From assembly GCA_963711565.1 (NCBI GenBank), contig CAVQEQ010000001.1:896001-960000 (forward strand): DNA of 64,000 bases, written 5' to 3'. Every line of letters begins with the position of its first letter. Within the stretch, counting starts at the first letter, position 1. Below the pieces are notes generated by a model. It was not told the origin of the DNA. It searched no databases and saw nothing but the letters and a program-made list of their open reading frames with translations. This document shows positions 47,721 through 58,452 of this stretch, piece by piece. The position numbers and the translations under genes are program-made. The DNA comes from an uncultured delta proteobacterium. Lineage in GTDB: Bacteria; Desulfobacterota; Binatia; Binatales; Binataceae.

Positions 47721-50700
47721 TTGGCAATCGAGACTGAACTTCGCGATCTAATCGACAGGAATCTCCCCGCTGACTCCGCGCCTCGCGTCGCCGCTTTCGC
47801 CGCGCGGCTGTTCGCGCACGAGTCCGCCGACAATCAGGATCGCGTCCCGGCCAAGCGCCGCCTTGCGCTCGTTCAGTCGGCGTTTGAATTCTTTTCGGTC
47901 CGCACCGAGCCCGTGATCGCGCGAGTCGAAGCGGTTCCGGGCGACGACACTCTCGCCGTCGTCGAGACCGTCACCACCGATTGCCCGTTTATCGTCAACA
48001 GCCTGCTCGAATATTTTCATCACCTCGGCGCGAACGTGCGTACGATTCTCCATCCGATCTTCAAAGTCACTCGCGACAAGGATGGGCGCATCGTATCGTT
48101 CGAGCAGTCCTCATCCGCCGAGCGCGGCGAATCGTTCGCCCACGCGGAACTCAAGCTCGCGCCGACGCCTGAGCAGGCGCGGCAAATCGAGCGCAACGTC
48201 ATCTCGATTTTAACCGAGGTCCATGAGGCGACCGATGATTTCGATGAAATGACCGGCCGCGCACTGCAGATCTGCGAGGAAACCGCTGCCATGCGCGAGC
48301 TGGTCGAAGTCCGCGACCTGATGCGCTGGCTGGTCAACGGCGGTTTCGTATTCCTCGGCTTTCGCCGCTATCTCGTGACCCGCGACGACGGCGCCGCCAA
48401 ATTCGTGCTCGATCCCGGAACGGAACTCGGCATCATGCGCGAGCATGACGAGTCACGATTTCGCACTTCGGTCCCGCTCGAAGAACTTTCACCCGCGCGC
48501 CGCAAGCTCTTCTTCGAAGGACCGCCGCTGGTCGTCGGCAAGTCGCGCGCCGAGTCGCACGTGCATCGGCGCCGCCCGATGGACAGCGTGTCGATTCGCC
48601 GCGCCGACGCATTCGGCCGCGTCGTTGCGTTCGACAATTTCGTCGGCCTGTTCACGTCCAAAGCTTACGCCGAGGAAGCGCAACACATTCCGGTCCTGCG
48701 CGCGAAGTTGCGCGAGGTGCTCGAGTCCGAAGGCGCCGTGCCGGGCTCGCACGACTACAAGGAAATCGTTTCCGCCTTCAACAGCTTCCCCAAGGACGAG
48801 CTTTTTCGCGCGCCCGTCGCCGAACTGCGCGCGCAGTTGCGCCTCATCCTCAACGTCAAGAGCGAGGCTGCGGTGCGGCTGTTCGTCGCGCCCGATCTGC
48901 GTCACGGTAACGTGATTGCGCTGGTCGTGATGCCGCGCGAGTCCGGTTCCGCCGATCTCAGCCGGCGCATCCAGGACACTCTCGCCGCCGCGCTCAACGG
49001 CACGCTCGTCTATTTCCATTTGGCGCTCGGCGAGGGATACACGGCGCGCCTCCATTTCTGCTTTTTGGCCGATCCGCCAAAGACCTCGGTCATCCGCGGC
49101 CTTGAAACCGCGATCGCCGACCTCGCCCGGCGATGGGACGATCGTTTGCAGGAGCGGTTGCTCGAAAAATTCGGGCCAAAGCGCGGACATGCGCTCGCGG
49201 AGCGATGGGCCGCTGCGTTCAGCGCCGACTACCAGGCTGCGATTGACGTGGCGCGCGCGCTCGGCGACATCGAAGACATCGAAGCACTGCTCGCCGGCGG
49301 CCGCGATTTCGTCGTCGAAACCGAACCTCATAAAAATGGCGACGATCGCAGCGACATCCGCATCATCGGATTCGGTGACGCGCCGATGCTCTCCGAGTTG
49401 ATGCCCACGTTGCAGAACTTCGCTATCGAGGTGCTCGCCGAGGACGTGCACGAGCTTCACCCTCGCGCTGACGGCAAAGTGACGCGCGCGTACCTGCAAG
49501 TTTTTTCCGTGCACGGACCGAACTCGCAGCCGTTCGCAAAATCTCCCGGCGCTCCGCTGATTGCCGACGCCATCGCCGCCGTGCGCAACGGTCTCGCCGC
49601 CGACGATGCGCTCAACGCGCTCACTCTCACCGCCGGCCTCGCCTGGCGCGAGGTCGCTCTGATGCGCGCATATCTCGTCGCCGCGTTTCAGATGCGCCTG
49701 GCGCCTGCGCGTCTCGGGTTGCAGCGCGTTCTGTTGCTGTATCCCGATATTACAAGGTCGCTGTTCGAATTGTTCACCGCGCGCCTCTCGTTCGACAGTC
49801 CTGCCACGCCGGAAAAAATCGCGGAGTTGCGCGAAGCGTACGTCGCTCGCCTCGGCTCGATCGACAATATTGTTGACGATCGAATTGCGCGCGCGTTGCT
49901 CTCGCTGGTCGAGGCGACTGTGCGGACTAATTTTTTCCGCGAGACGCCTTCACCCGACCCCTACATCGCGCTCAAGTTCGAAAGCGCTCGCATCACTAGC
50001 CTTCCCGACACCGCGCCGCTCTACGAAATTCACGTCAACAGTCCGCGCATGGAAGGATGCCATCTGCGCCACGGACGTCTCGCGCGCGGCGGCATCCGCT
50101 TCAGCGACCGAGTCGACGACTACCGCACCGAGATTCTCGACCTGATGAAGACGCAGACCGTGAAGAACGCGATCATCGTCCCGTTCGGCGCCAAGGGCGG
50201 CTTCATCGTCAAGCCGCGCCCGCGTCATCAGGCGGATCCTCGCGATGGTGTCGAAGCCTACCGGACGCTGATGAACGCGATGCTCGATCTCACCGACAAT
50301 CTGACCGACGACGGCCCCGTGCATCCCGCCCGCGTCCGCGTGCTCGACAACGACGGCCCATATCTCGTCGTCGCCGCCGATAAGGGCACCGCAACTTTCT
50401 CGGACATCGCCAACGGCATCGCAATCGAGCGCGGCTTCTGGCTCGGCGACGCGTTCGCATCTGGCGGCGAGCACGGCTACGACCACAAGCAGCTTGGGAT
50501 CACGGCGCGCGGCGCCTGGGAGTCCGCGCGCCGCCATCTGCGCGAGATGGGCCGCGACCCCGACCGCGGCGCGCCGATCACGATGCTTGGCATCGGCGAC
50601 ATGTCGGGCGACGTGTTCGGCAACGGCCTCCTGCGCTCGCGTAACGTGAAGCTCGTCGCCGCCTTCGACCATCGCCACATCTTCATCGATCCAGATCCCG

Positions 50701-52475
50701 ACCCCGCCGCGAGCTTCGACGAACGCAAGCGCCTGTTCGATCTGCCGCGCTCGAGTTGGGCCGACTACAATCCCGCTCTCATCAGCGCCGGCGGCGGCGT
50801 CTTCCGCCGCGGTCAGAAACGCATCGAGCTAAGCAATCAGGCGCGCGCCGCGCTCGGATGCGATGCCGACGCGCTCGACGGCGAGTCGTTGATTCAATGC
50901 ATTCTGCGCGCTCCGGTCGATCTATTTTACAACGGCGGCATCGGCACCTATGTTCGCGCGACGACCGAGACCGACGCCGCAGTCGCCGACCACGCCAACG
51001 ACTCATGCCGCATCACCGCGCCCGAACTTCGCGCGAAGATTGTCGTCGAAGGCGGCAACCTCGGCTTCACTCAGGCGGCGCGTATCGAGTACGCCCTCGC
51101 CGGCGGCCGCATCAACACCGACGCGATCGACAACTCGGCCGGCGTCGATATGTCGGATCACGAGGTCAATCTCAAGATTCTGCTCGAACCCGCGGTGGCA
51201 CGCGGCGAACTCGCCTTCGACGCCCGCAACCGCGCGCTCGCCGCATGCGCTGGCGAAGTTGCCGACCGCGTCATCGCCGACAATCGCGACCAGGTGCTGT
51301 CGCTCAGCCTCGAACAGCTGCGCAGTCGCACGCTCCTTAACGAGTTCCGCGACCATCTCCAGGCCATCGAGGATCGCGGCATCCTGCACGGGATGGAACC
51401 CGCAATGCCTCCGCGCGAGGCGATGCGCGACCGCCACGCGCGCTACCCCGGCCTCACTCGTCCTGAGCTCGCGCTGGCCACGGCCTATACCAAGATCGAT
51501 CTGATCGAGCGGCTCGAGACCACTGTGCTGGTTGACGATTCGTACCTCGTCGGACGATTCCTGCAACCATACTTCCCGCCCTCGCTCGCCGAGCACGCCG
51601 ATGTCGCGACTCATCGCCTCCGCCACGAACTGATCGCGACGCGCGCCGTCAATGAACTCGTCGATCTCGTCGGCTCGACTTTTGTCTTCAGCCACGTTCG
51701 CGATCGCGGCGTCGCGGCCGAGGACGTCGTCCGCGCGTGGGTGATCGCGACCGACGTGCTTTCGATTCACGAACGCGCCGCCGAACTCAAGCGCAACGCG
51801 GCGACGATCGCGGCGGCATCCGAACTGGGCGCATTTCTCGCGCTCGAACGAGCATGCCGCAGCGCCGCCGGATGGGCGCTCGGCGAACTCGAGCCCGCCA
51901 CTTCGATCGGCGCCGCGGTGACCCGCTTCAAGCCTGCCTTCGAGAAGCTATGCGCCGAATTCGAAACGATGCTCGCCAGCGGCGAGCGCGACCGCTTCGA
52001 GCGTCTCTATCGCGAGCTGCGGGTTGATGTGCTCGAGGGCGAATTGGCGCACGGGCTCGCGCGCCTGGCCTTCGCCGATCACATTCTGAGCGTGCTGAGT
52101 CTCAGTTTCGCCCGCGAAGTTGACCCGGTCAGAACGGCTCAGGCCTACTTTCAACTCAGCGCGCAACTCAACTTCGCAATTCTCGAGGAAGCGCTTCAAT
52201 CGATCGGCACTGATGACCGCTGGGAACGGCGCGCCGCCAACGAACTCGCCACCGAACTTCGCGCCGCTCGAATAGCTCTGTGCTGCGCGGTGCTCGACGC
52301 CATCGCCGACGATCCCGATCTGACTGTCGATGAATCGATCGAGCAGTTGAAGCGTGTCCGCGCGAACCGTTTCGCGCAACTAAAGCAACTCTTCGACGAA
52401 CTAAAGACCCTGGCATCGCCGACCCTACCCGCAATCCAAGTCACAATCCGCGCCCTGTCCCGATTGGCTGCATGA
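47721..52475 (+). CDS. Large NAD-specific glutamate dehydrogenase
   Basis: RGGIRFSDR, KNAIIVP.GAKGGF, YLVVAADKGTATFSD, GDAFASGG, GIGDMSGDVFGNG, EGGNLG, NTDAIDNSAGV; start estimated at TTG 47721. Confidence 0.95.
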   Translation: MAIETELRDLIDRNLPADSAPRVAAFAARLFAHESADNQDRVPAKRRLALVQSAFEFFSVRTEPVIARVEAVPGDDTLAVVETVTTDCPFIVNSLLEYFHHLGANVRTILHPIFKVTRDKDGRIVSFEQSSSAERGESFAHAELKLAPTPEQARQIERNVISILTEVHEATDDFDEMTGRALQICEETAAMRELVEVRDLMRWLVNGGFVFLGFRRYLVTRDDGAAKFVLDPGTELGIMREHDESRFRTSVPLEELSPARRKLFFEGPPLVVGKSRAESHVHRRRPMDSVSIRRADAFGRVVAFDNFVGLFTSKAYAEEAQHIPVLRAKLREVLESEGAVPGSHDYKEIVSAFNSFPKDELFRAPVAELRAQLRLILNVKSEAAVRLFVAPDLRHGNVIALVVMPRESGSADLSRRIQDTLAAALNGTLVYFHLALGEGYTARLHFCFLADPPKTSVIRGLETAIADLARRWDDRLQERLLEKFGPKRGHALAERWAAAFSADYQAAIDVARALGDIEDIEALLAGGRDFVVETEPHKNGDDRSDIRIIGFGDAPMLSELMPTLQNFAIEVLAEDVHELHPRADGKVTRAYLQVFSVHGPNSQPFAKSPGAPLIADAIAAVRNGLAADDALNALTLTAGLAWREVALMRAYLVAAFQMRLAPARLGLQRVLLLYPDITRSLFELFTARLSFDSPATPEKIAELREAYVARLGSIDNIVDDRIARALLSLVEATVRTNFFRETPSPDPYIALKFESARITSLPDTAPLYEIHVNSPRMEGCHLRHGRLARGGIRFSDRVDDYRTEILDLMKTQTVKNAIIVPFGAKGGFIVKPRPRHQADPRDGVEAYRTLMNAMLDLTDNLTDDGPVHPARVRVLDNDGPYLVVAADKGTATFSDIANGIAIERGFWLGDAFASGGEHGYDHKQLGITARGAWESARRHLREMGRDPDRGAPITMLGIGDMSGDVFGNGLLRSRNVKLVAAFDHRHIFIDPDPDPAASFDERKRLFDLPRSSWADYNPALISAGGGVFRRGQKRIELSNQARAALGCDADALDGESLIQCILRAPVDLFYNGGIGTYVRATTETDAAVADHANDSCRITAPELRAKIVVEGGNLGFTQAARIEYALAGGRINTDAIDNSAGVDMSDHEVNLKILLEPAVARGELAFDARNRALAACAGEVADRVIADNRDQVLSLSLEQLRSRTLLNEFRDHLQAIEDRGILHGMEPAMPPREAMRDRHARYPGLTRPELALATAYTKIDLIERLETTVLVDDSYLVGRFLQPYFPPSLAEHADVATHRLRHELIATRAVNELVDLVGSTFVFSHVRDRGVAAEDVVRAWVIATDVLSIHERAAELKRNAATIAAASELGAFLALERACRSAAGWALGELEPATSIGAAVTRFKPAFEKLCAEFETMLASGERDRFERLYRELRVDVLEGELAHGLARLAFADHILSVLSLSFAREVDPVRTAQAYFQLSAQLNFAILEEALQSIGTDDRWERRAANELATELRAARIALCCAVLDAIADDPDLTVDESIEQLKRVRANRFAQLKQLFDELKTLASPTLPAIQVTIRALSRLAA

Positions 52476-52543
52476 TGCACGCCATCGAGCCCCCGCCCCT
52501 GAGAGCAAAGTAGTGCGCCGCGCGCAACTTTGCGCTTCTCAGT

Positions 52544-52580
52544 GGGTGCAGGGGTCACCCCTGCCGCCCGCCGCGCAGGC
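52544..52580. repeat. REP-like hairpin between convergent genes
   Basis: GGGTGCAGGGGTCACCCCTGCCG; inverted copy at 27411-27433. Confidence 0.65.
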
Positions 52581-52620
52581 GATTATTCCAATTAAGTTGT
52601 CTGCCGCCCGCTGATTCTCG

Positions 52621-53604
52621 TCAGAGCGCGACCCTCGGCAATTGCGCCGTCGCCTGCATCGCGGATTGCGGCGCGGAATCGACGCGCTCTGCTTCCCGCG
52701 GCTCTCTCAAGTCCTGGTACAGCCGCAAGCCCGCCGCGACCAGGAAGGCGGTGGTCGCAAAGTTGACGCCGATCTCTGCCAGGCCGACCAGAAAGATCGA
52801 TGTGCCAAGAAACCCCGTCACCACTCCCACCGGCCCAAACAGCAGGCTCACCACCACGAACGCGCCCGCGGCCCACGTGTTGTATCCCGACCATACCGCG
52901 AGAAATACCACGATCCGCGTCGCCACTTTGAAGAACCGCTTGCGCATCAGGTCGCGGCTGAACAGCAGCGCATGCCAGCTATGCTTGCCGTCGAAGATCA
53001 GCGCGAACTGCGCGAAGTACAACCACGCGTAAATCAACGCGCCGAGCATGATCATCAGCACCAGCGCGATGTATGCCCACACGCCGACCGAACCCGGCAT
53101 GAAATTCAACGTCTCCTGGAACAGGAACAGCCCTGCCGCCGGCGCCAGCAGTTGCAGGATCGTCACCCAGATGAATCCCGGCGCCAGCGGAATCGATCGC
53201 CGGTAAACCTCGATCGCCTCGCCGACAATCGACGGCTCGCGGATTCCCGCCTGGATCCTCTTGAGCGAACACAACGTGATCAGCGTCACCAGCAGAGTGA
53301 CTAGCCCGAAGATCACATGCAGCGCCTTCGTGACCCACGGCGAGAACGGTTGCGGCTCCTGCAAGGGCGCGGTCTTGGCCGGCGCATCGACGCTTTCCAC
53401 TTGCGTGTAGCTGATATTTTGCGATCCCGGCTCGAACGTCGTGGCGAGGTGGTACTGCAGATTCAACGCGTCCGGCAGCAGGCACAACGCCGCCGCGAGC
53501 AGCAACGGCGCCAGCACCACTGCCAGCACCGACCAATTTCCGCGCAGATCGTTTACCGCGTTAGCGAGATATATGAAGCTGCTTTTGAGGCGAACAGGAT
53601 TCAC
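52621..53604 (-). CDS. Hypothetical polytopic membrane protein
   Basis: ~6 TM segments; ALLFSRDLM pattern typical of GPDPase-membrane-like proteins. Confidence 0.72.
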   Translation of the reverse strand: MNPVRLKSSFIYLANAVNDLRGNWSVLAVVLAPLLLAAALCLLPDALNLQYHLATTFEPGSQNISYTQVESVDAPAKTAPLQEPQPFSPWVTKALHVIFGLVTLLVTLITLCSLKRIQAGIREPSIVGEAIEVYRRSIPLAPGFIWVTILQLLAPAAGLFLFQETLNFMPGSVGVWAYIALVLMIMLGALIYAWLYFAQFALIFDGKHSWHALLFSRDLMRKRFFKVATRIVVFLAVWSGYNTWAAGAFVVVSLLFGPVGVVTGFLGTSIFLVGLAEIGVNFATTAFLVAAGLRLYQDLREPREAERVDSAPQSAMQATAQLPRVAL

Positions 53605-53725
53605 GGCGCGTTAGAGGTTGGCATCCTCACCCAATCGAGACAAGTCCGCTGCATTTCCCCATGATCGCTCCCCGCTTCGATGGTATATTGATGGCTCACG
53701 ACGATCCTACACGGAGTACCCACTC

Positions 53726-53974
53726 ATGGCCGACGACCGCGCATTGAAAATCGAGCATGAGAACAAAATGATTCGCCGCCTGCGCTTCCTGGTCGAGCTG
53801 ACCTTCGCCACCATCGCGCAGGACAACGACATGACCCTCGAGCAGGGATGGGAACACGTGCTCGCGCTCAAGGGCGCCGCGGTCACGATGTTTCCCGGCA
53901 AGGAAGAAACCTTCGACCTCGTCTATCTGCCGCGCTTCTCGCGTCTGCTCGCCGAGCGATTCGGCGCGAATTGA
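53726..53974 (+). CDS. Conserved small hypothetical protein
   Basis: IRRLRFLV...FPGKEETFDLVYLPRFSRLL; stop overlaps the nagA start (TTGA). Confidence 0.75.
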   Translation: MADDRALKIEHENKMIRRLRFLVELTFATIAQDNDMTLEQGWEHVLALKGAAVTMFPGKEETFDLVYLPRFSRLLAERFGAN

Positions 53975-55083
53975 AGCTCGCGGGCCTTATCGCAAAGCCC
54001 GACGGCTCGCTCGTCCGCGGGCATGTCAGGTTCGCCGATCGGATCACCGCGCTCGACTCCGTGTCCGATGCCGGCGACGACTACATCCTGCCCGGTTTCG
54101 TCGATCTCCAGGTCAACGGCTCGCACGGCATCAACGTCATGAACGCGTCTGCCGACGCGCTCGCAACTCTAAGCCGTCATCTCGCGCGCGAAGGCACGGT
54201 CGCTTGGATGCCGACCGCGGTCACCGCGCCGATTGAAAAGATCGCGCAGGTTCACGAGTCGATCGCGAGTGCGCTGGAAAATTCGCAGCGCGATGACTCC
54301 GCCGAGGCCGCCGCGATTCTCGGTATGCATCTCGAAGGCCCGTTCATTTCGCCGCACCGCCTCGGCGCGCATCCCACGCTCAACCTCGAGCCGCGCGGCG
54401 ACGCCTTCGATCGTGTGCTCGCGATGCGCGCGCTTCGACTGCTCACCCTCGCACCCGAGCTGCCCGGCGCGCTCGACGCGATTCGCCGCCTTGCTGCGCG
54501 CAACGTCGTCGTCTCGATCGGCCACACCAACGCGACCCTCGATGAGGCGAACGCCGGAATCGCCGCCGGCGCCCAGATGTTCACGCACTTGTTCAACGCG
54601 ATGCGTCCGTTGAATCATCGCGACCCCGGCGTCATCGCCGCCGCGCTCACGCCTTCGCCTGCCATCCCCGCAATCATCCCCGACAGCGTCCACGTGCATC
54701 CCGCGATGCTCCGTCTCGCTGTCACCGCGCGCGGGATAGACGGCATCATCATCGTCACCGATAAAGTAGCGCCGGCAAAAACCACTAACGCGGAAAAAAC
54801 CGTCGGCCGCGCGCGCGCGACGATTCGCGACGGCGCCGCACGCCTCGACGACGGCACGCTCGCCGGCAGCATCATCTCGATGCTCGCCGGCGTCCGCTTG
54901 ATGGTCGAAAAGGTGGGCGTCAGCATCGGCGACGCCGCCGTGATGGCCGCGACCAACCCGGCGAATCTCATCGGCGCCGGCGATCGCGGACGCATTCAGG
55001 CCGGCGCGCGCGCCGATTTAATCGTGCTCAATCAGGCGCTAGAGTTGAAGTCAGTATTCATCGGCGGTCGCGAGCTGAGCTAG
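53971..55083 (+). CDS. nagA: N-acetylglucosamine-6-phosphate deacetylase
   Basis: PGFVDLQVNG, HLEGPF, TLAPE, GHT, THLFNAM, VTD, LAGS. Confidence 0.92.
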   Translation: MKLAGLIAKPDGSLVRGHVRFADRITALDSVSDAGDDYILPGFVDLQVNGSHGINVMNASADALATLSRHLAREGTVAWMPTAVTAPIEKIAQVHESIASALENSQRDDSAEAAAILGMHLEGPFISPHRLGAHPTLNLEPRGDAFDRVLAMRALRLLTLAPELPGALDAIRRLAARNVVVSIGHTNATLDEANAGIAAGAQMFTHLFNAMRPLNHRDPGVIAAALTPSPAIPAIIPDSVHVHPAMLRLAVTARGIDGIIIVTDKVAPAKTTNAEKTVGRARATIRDGAARLDDGTLAGSIISMLAGVRLMVEKVGVSIGDAAVMAATNPANLIGAGDRGRIQAGARADLIVLNQALELKSVFIGGRELS

Positions 55084-55127
55084 TCGCCGGTCGCCATAAA
55101 ATCTCAACTACCAATCGGAGCCAATCG

Positions 55128-55982
55128 ATGCCGCTGAACATTGCCTGCGTAGGCCGCGAATACCCGCCCGTCACGATCAACGTCACCCTCGACGCGATGC
55201 AGAAGTACGCGCGCGCCTACAACGACGGCAACCCCGCGTTCTTCGACGCGAGCCGTCCCACCGACATCGTCGCGCCCCCCATGTTCGGCGTCACCGTCAC
55301 CTGGGACGCCCTGATGAAGGCCATGATGGATCCCGATCTCAAAGTGGACCTGTTGCGTCTTGTTCATGGCGAGCAGGACATGGAATTTCCAAATCCGATT
55401 CGCCCCGGCGACGTCATCACCGCGAACGCAAAGGTCCTTTCGATCGAGGCCAAGAGTACCGGCGAGACCATGACCGTCGAGCTGAACGCCGCCAATCAGA
55501 AGGGCCAGCCGGTTCAGAAAACTCTCTTCATTATTTTTATTCGAGGCGCGCGCAACCGCGACGCCGCGGCCACCGAACCGCGCCCCGCCGAGCCCGATCG
55601 CGGTGCGCCGCTCTTCACCGTCGCGCAAACCATCGACAAGGATCAGACCTTCCGCTACCGCGACGCTTCCGGCGATCCCAATCCGATCCACGTCGATGAG
55701 AACATCGCGAAGATGGCGGGCCTGCCCGGCATCATCGTGCATGGCCTCTGCACAATGGCGTTTACGTCGAAGGTCGTGATCGACAAACTCTGCGCCGGTG
55801 ATCCGAATCGCCTCAAGCGCCTGCGCGTCCGCTTCTCCCGTCCCGTGCTGCCCGGCCAGACCATCACCACCAAAATCTGGGCCGACGGCGAGCGCGACGG
55901 CCGCAAAATTTTCGCCTACGAGACTTTCAATCCCGACGGCCAGCCGGTCATCAAGGGCGGCGTCGCCGAAGTCGCAACCTGA
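55128..55982 (+). CDS. Double hotdog MaoC-type (R)-hydratase/dehydratase
   Basis: LVHGEQ and SGDPNPIH...IVHGLCT, RFSRPVLPG. Confidence 0.9.
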   Translation: MPLNIACVGREYPPVTINVTLDAMQKYARAYNDGNPAFFDASRPTDIVAPPMFGVTVTWDALMKAMMDPDLKVDLLRLVHGEQDMEFPNPIRPGDVITANAKVLSIEAKSTGETMTVELNAANQKGQPVQKTLFIIFIRGARNRDAAATEPRPAEPDRGAPLFTVAQTIDKDQTFRYRDASGDPNPIHVDENIAKMAGLPGIIVHGLCTMAFTSKVVIDKLCAGDPNRLKRLRVRFSRPVLPGQTITTKIWADGERDGRKIFAYETFNPDGQPVIKGGVAEVAT

Positions 55983-55997
55983 CGTTCTTTCTCCGCC

Positions 55998-57254
55998 GTG
56001 AAAATCACCATCGGCCTCTCGCTCTCTCTCACCGGCGAATACGCGCCGATGGGCCGGCAGGCCGAACTCGCGATTCGACTATTTATCGCCGACGCCAATG
56101 CCGGCAGCGCGCTGCGCGTCGGCGGCGATCGCTGTGAGTTCGCGCTCGAATCTCACGACGACGCGAGCGATCCCGTGCGATGCGCCGAAATTTATCGCTT
56201 GCTATGCGCGGATCGCCGCGCCGGCATTATCTTCGGCCCCTACTCCAGTCGCCTTGCGCGCGTCGCCGCCCCAATCGCCGAACAATCGGGCCGGGTCTTC
56301 GTCAATCACGGCGGCGCCGGCGACGAACTATACGAGCGCGGCTACAAGCTAATCGTAGGAATACTCAGTCCCGCAAGTGACTATTTGCGCGGCTTCGTCC
56401 GACTACTCACTCAACTCAAGCTGTGGCGCAAGCGCGTCGCGATCGTCGCGTCGAAATCTGTCTTCGCCCGAGCGGTCGCGTCAGGCTTCGAGCGCGCCGC
56501 CGACGAACGTGCGGCGCGCCGCCGCGGAGTCCGCGTCCGCGTCAAATGGAACGGCGCGTTCGATCCCGACTCGACGCCCGCGCGCCTTTTCCCCGCGCTC
56601 AAGCGCAACCGCGTCAACGCACTCGCCAGCGCCGGCAGCTACGATCACGACGTCGCCGTCATGCGCGCGGTCGCAGCCTCCGGCCTCATCATCCCGGTGC
56701 TCGGATGCGTCGCGGCCGGCGTGCGTCGCTTCGAGTCGGACCTGGGCGAGCTGGCGGACGGCATCGTCGGCCCGTCGCAATGGGAGGATTCCCTTGAGCT
56801 CGAACCCGCGCTCGGTCCGACGCCCGCCGAGTTCGCCCGCCGGATGCGCACTGCCGGCGCCGCCGACACTCCCGACTATCCCAGTGCGCAGATTTACGCC
56901 GCCGGCCTCATCACCGCCGCCGCGCTTGCGAGCGCCGGCCGTCTCGACGACGCGATGCTTCGTGCCGCATTTTCCGATCTGCAAACCACCACGATGTTCG
57001 GCGACTTCGCGATCGATCGCGTCACCGGCCGGCAGCTCGGTCATCAGATGTTGCTCGTGCAATGGCATCGCGGGCGCAAGGTGATCATCGTGCCCGAATC
57101 GCACGATGATTCAGGCTCGCTCGATTTTCCCGCCGGATGGCGTCTGCTGCTTGCGGGCGCCGAAGCGCTTCGCTTAAGTCGTCCTGACGATTTGCAGGAA
57201 TCGCTCGACGACGAAGATCCGGACCAGGATAAAGATGAGCGCAATCACGATTAG
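55998..57254 (+). CDS. LivJ/AmiC-fold ligand-binding protein without signal peptide
   Basis: IGLSLSLTG, DDASDP, FGPYSS type-I periplasmic-binding-protein motifs. Confidence 0.8.
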   Translation: MKITIGLSLSLTGEYAPMGRQAELAIRLFIADANAGSALRVGGDRCEFALESHDDASDPVRCAEIYRLLCADRRAGIIFGPYSSRLARVAAPIAEQSGRVFVNHGGAGDELYERGYKLIVGILSPASDYLRGFVRLLTQLKLWRKRVAIVASKSVFARAVASGFERAADERAARRRGVRVRVKWNGAFDPDSTPARLFPALKRNRVNALASAGSYDHDVAVMRAVAASGLIIPVLGCVAAGVRRFESDLGELADGIVGPSQWEDSLELEPALGPTPAEFARRMRTAGAADTPDYPSAQIYAAGLITAAALASAGRLDDAMLRAAFSDLQTTTMFGDFAIDRVTGRQLGHQMLLVQWHRGRKVIIVPESHDDSGSLDFPAGWRLLLAGAEALRLSRPDDLQESLDDEDPDQDKDERNHD

Positions 57255-58452
57255 ACTCGAACGCACCAAGGTCATCGCCATCGGCCTGATGTCCGGCACT
57301 TCGCACGACGGCGTCAGCGCGGCCGTGGTCGAGCTCGACGAGCGTTCCCGTCCGCCCGCGCACATGATTGCGTTTCACACTTTTCCGTACACCGCGCGCT
57401 TCCGCAAAGAATTGCTCGCCGCTTCTGCCGACGAGAAAATCGGCGCCGCCGCGATTTCGACGCTCAACTTCGCCCTCGGCCGCGAGTTCGCCCGCGCCGC
57501 CGTCGAGATCGCCAAACTCGCGCGCGTCGCACTGTCCCGCGTTGCCTTCATCGGCTCGCACGGCCATACATTTTTTCATCTGCCGCCGCGCCGCACGACG
57601 CGTGGACAGCTCGCCTCCACGATGCAACTCGGCGAGTCCGCCGTCATCGCCGCTGCCACCGGTGTTCCCGTCGTCGCCGACTTCCGCACGATGGATCTCG
57701 CGCTCGGCGGCGAGGGCGCGCCCCTCGCGCCGCTCGCTCATCTATGGCTGTTCGCCGACCCGAAGCTCGGCCGCGTCGTGCAGAATATCGGCGGCATCGG
57801 CAACGCGACTTACATTCCGCCGCGCGCAAGCCTCGGCGACCCCAACCTGATCGCATTCGATACCGGCCCCGGCAACGCGATGCTCGACGCGCTCGCCTCG
57901 CGAATCTCCGCCGGCCGCCTCCGGATGGATCGCGACGGACGCCTCGCCGCGCGCGGTCAGGTCAACGGACCGCTGCTCGCGAGGCTGATGCAGAATCCGT
58001 ACTTTCGCCGACGCCCGCCCAAGTCAACCGGCCGCGAGGAGTTCGGCCCACACTTGCTCGATCGCATCGTCGCCGACGCCCGCCGCATGAAAATCGTCAA
58101 CTACGATCTGGTTGCGACCGTCACGGCATTCACCGCGCGCTCGATCGCCGAAGCATGCCGCCGCTTCATCTTCCCGCGTGGTCCCGTCAATCAGTTGATC
58201 GTCACCGGTGGCGGCGCGCAAAATCCCACTCTTATGCGAATGATCGCGGCCGAGCTTCCCGACGTCGAAGTGATCACCGCTGCGGACGTCGGCATCGACG
58301 GCGACGCGCTCGAGGCCGTCGCCTTCGCCATCCTCGGCTACCAAATGCTGCGCGGCCGCCCTGGCAACATCCCGACGGTCACCGGCGCGCGCGCCCCCGC
58401 CATCCTCGGCAAACTCACACTACCGCCAACCCCGGATGAAAAACTGAAATGA
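57235..58452 (+). CDS. anmK: Anhydro-N-acetylmuramic acid kinase
   Basis: GLMSGTS.DG, GSHGHT, GGEGAPLAP, NIGGIGN, FDTGPGN, PPKSTGRE. Confidence 0.94.
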   Translation: MSAITIRLERTKVIAIGLMSGTSHDGVSAAVVELDERSRPPAHMIAFHTFPYTARFRKELLAASADEKIGAAAISTLNFALGREFARAAVEIAKLARVALSRVAFIGSHGHTFFHLPPRRTTRGQLASTMQLGESAVIAAATGVPVVADFRTMDLALGGEGAPLAPLAHLWLFADPKLGRVVQNIGGIGNATYIPPRASLGDPNLIAFDTGPGNAMLDALASRISAGRLRMDRDGRLAARGQVNGPLLARLMQNPYFRRRPPKSTGREEFGPHLLDRIVADARRMKIVNYDLVATVTAFTARSIAEACRRFIFPRGPVNQLIVTGGGAQNPTLMRMIAAELPDVEVITAADVGIDGDALEAVAFAILGYQMLRGRPGNIPTVTGARAPAILGKLTLPPTPDEKLK

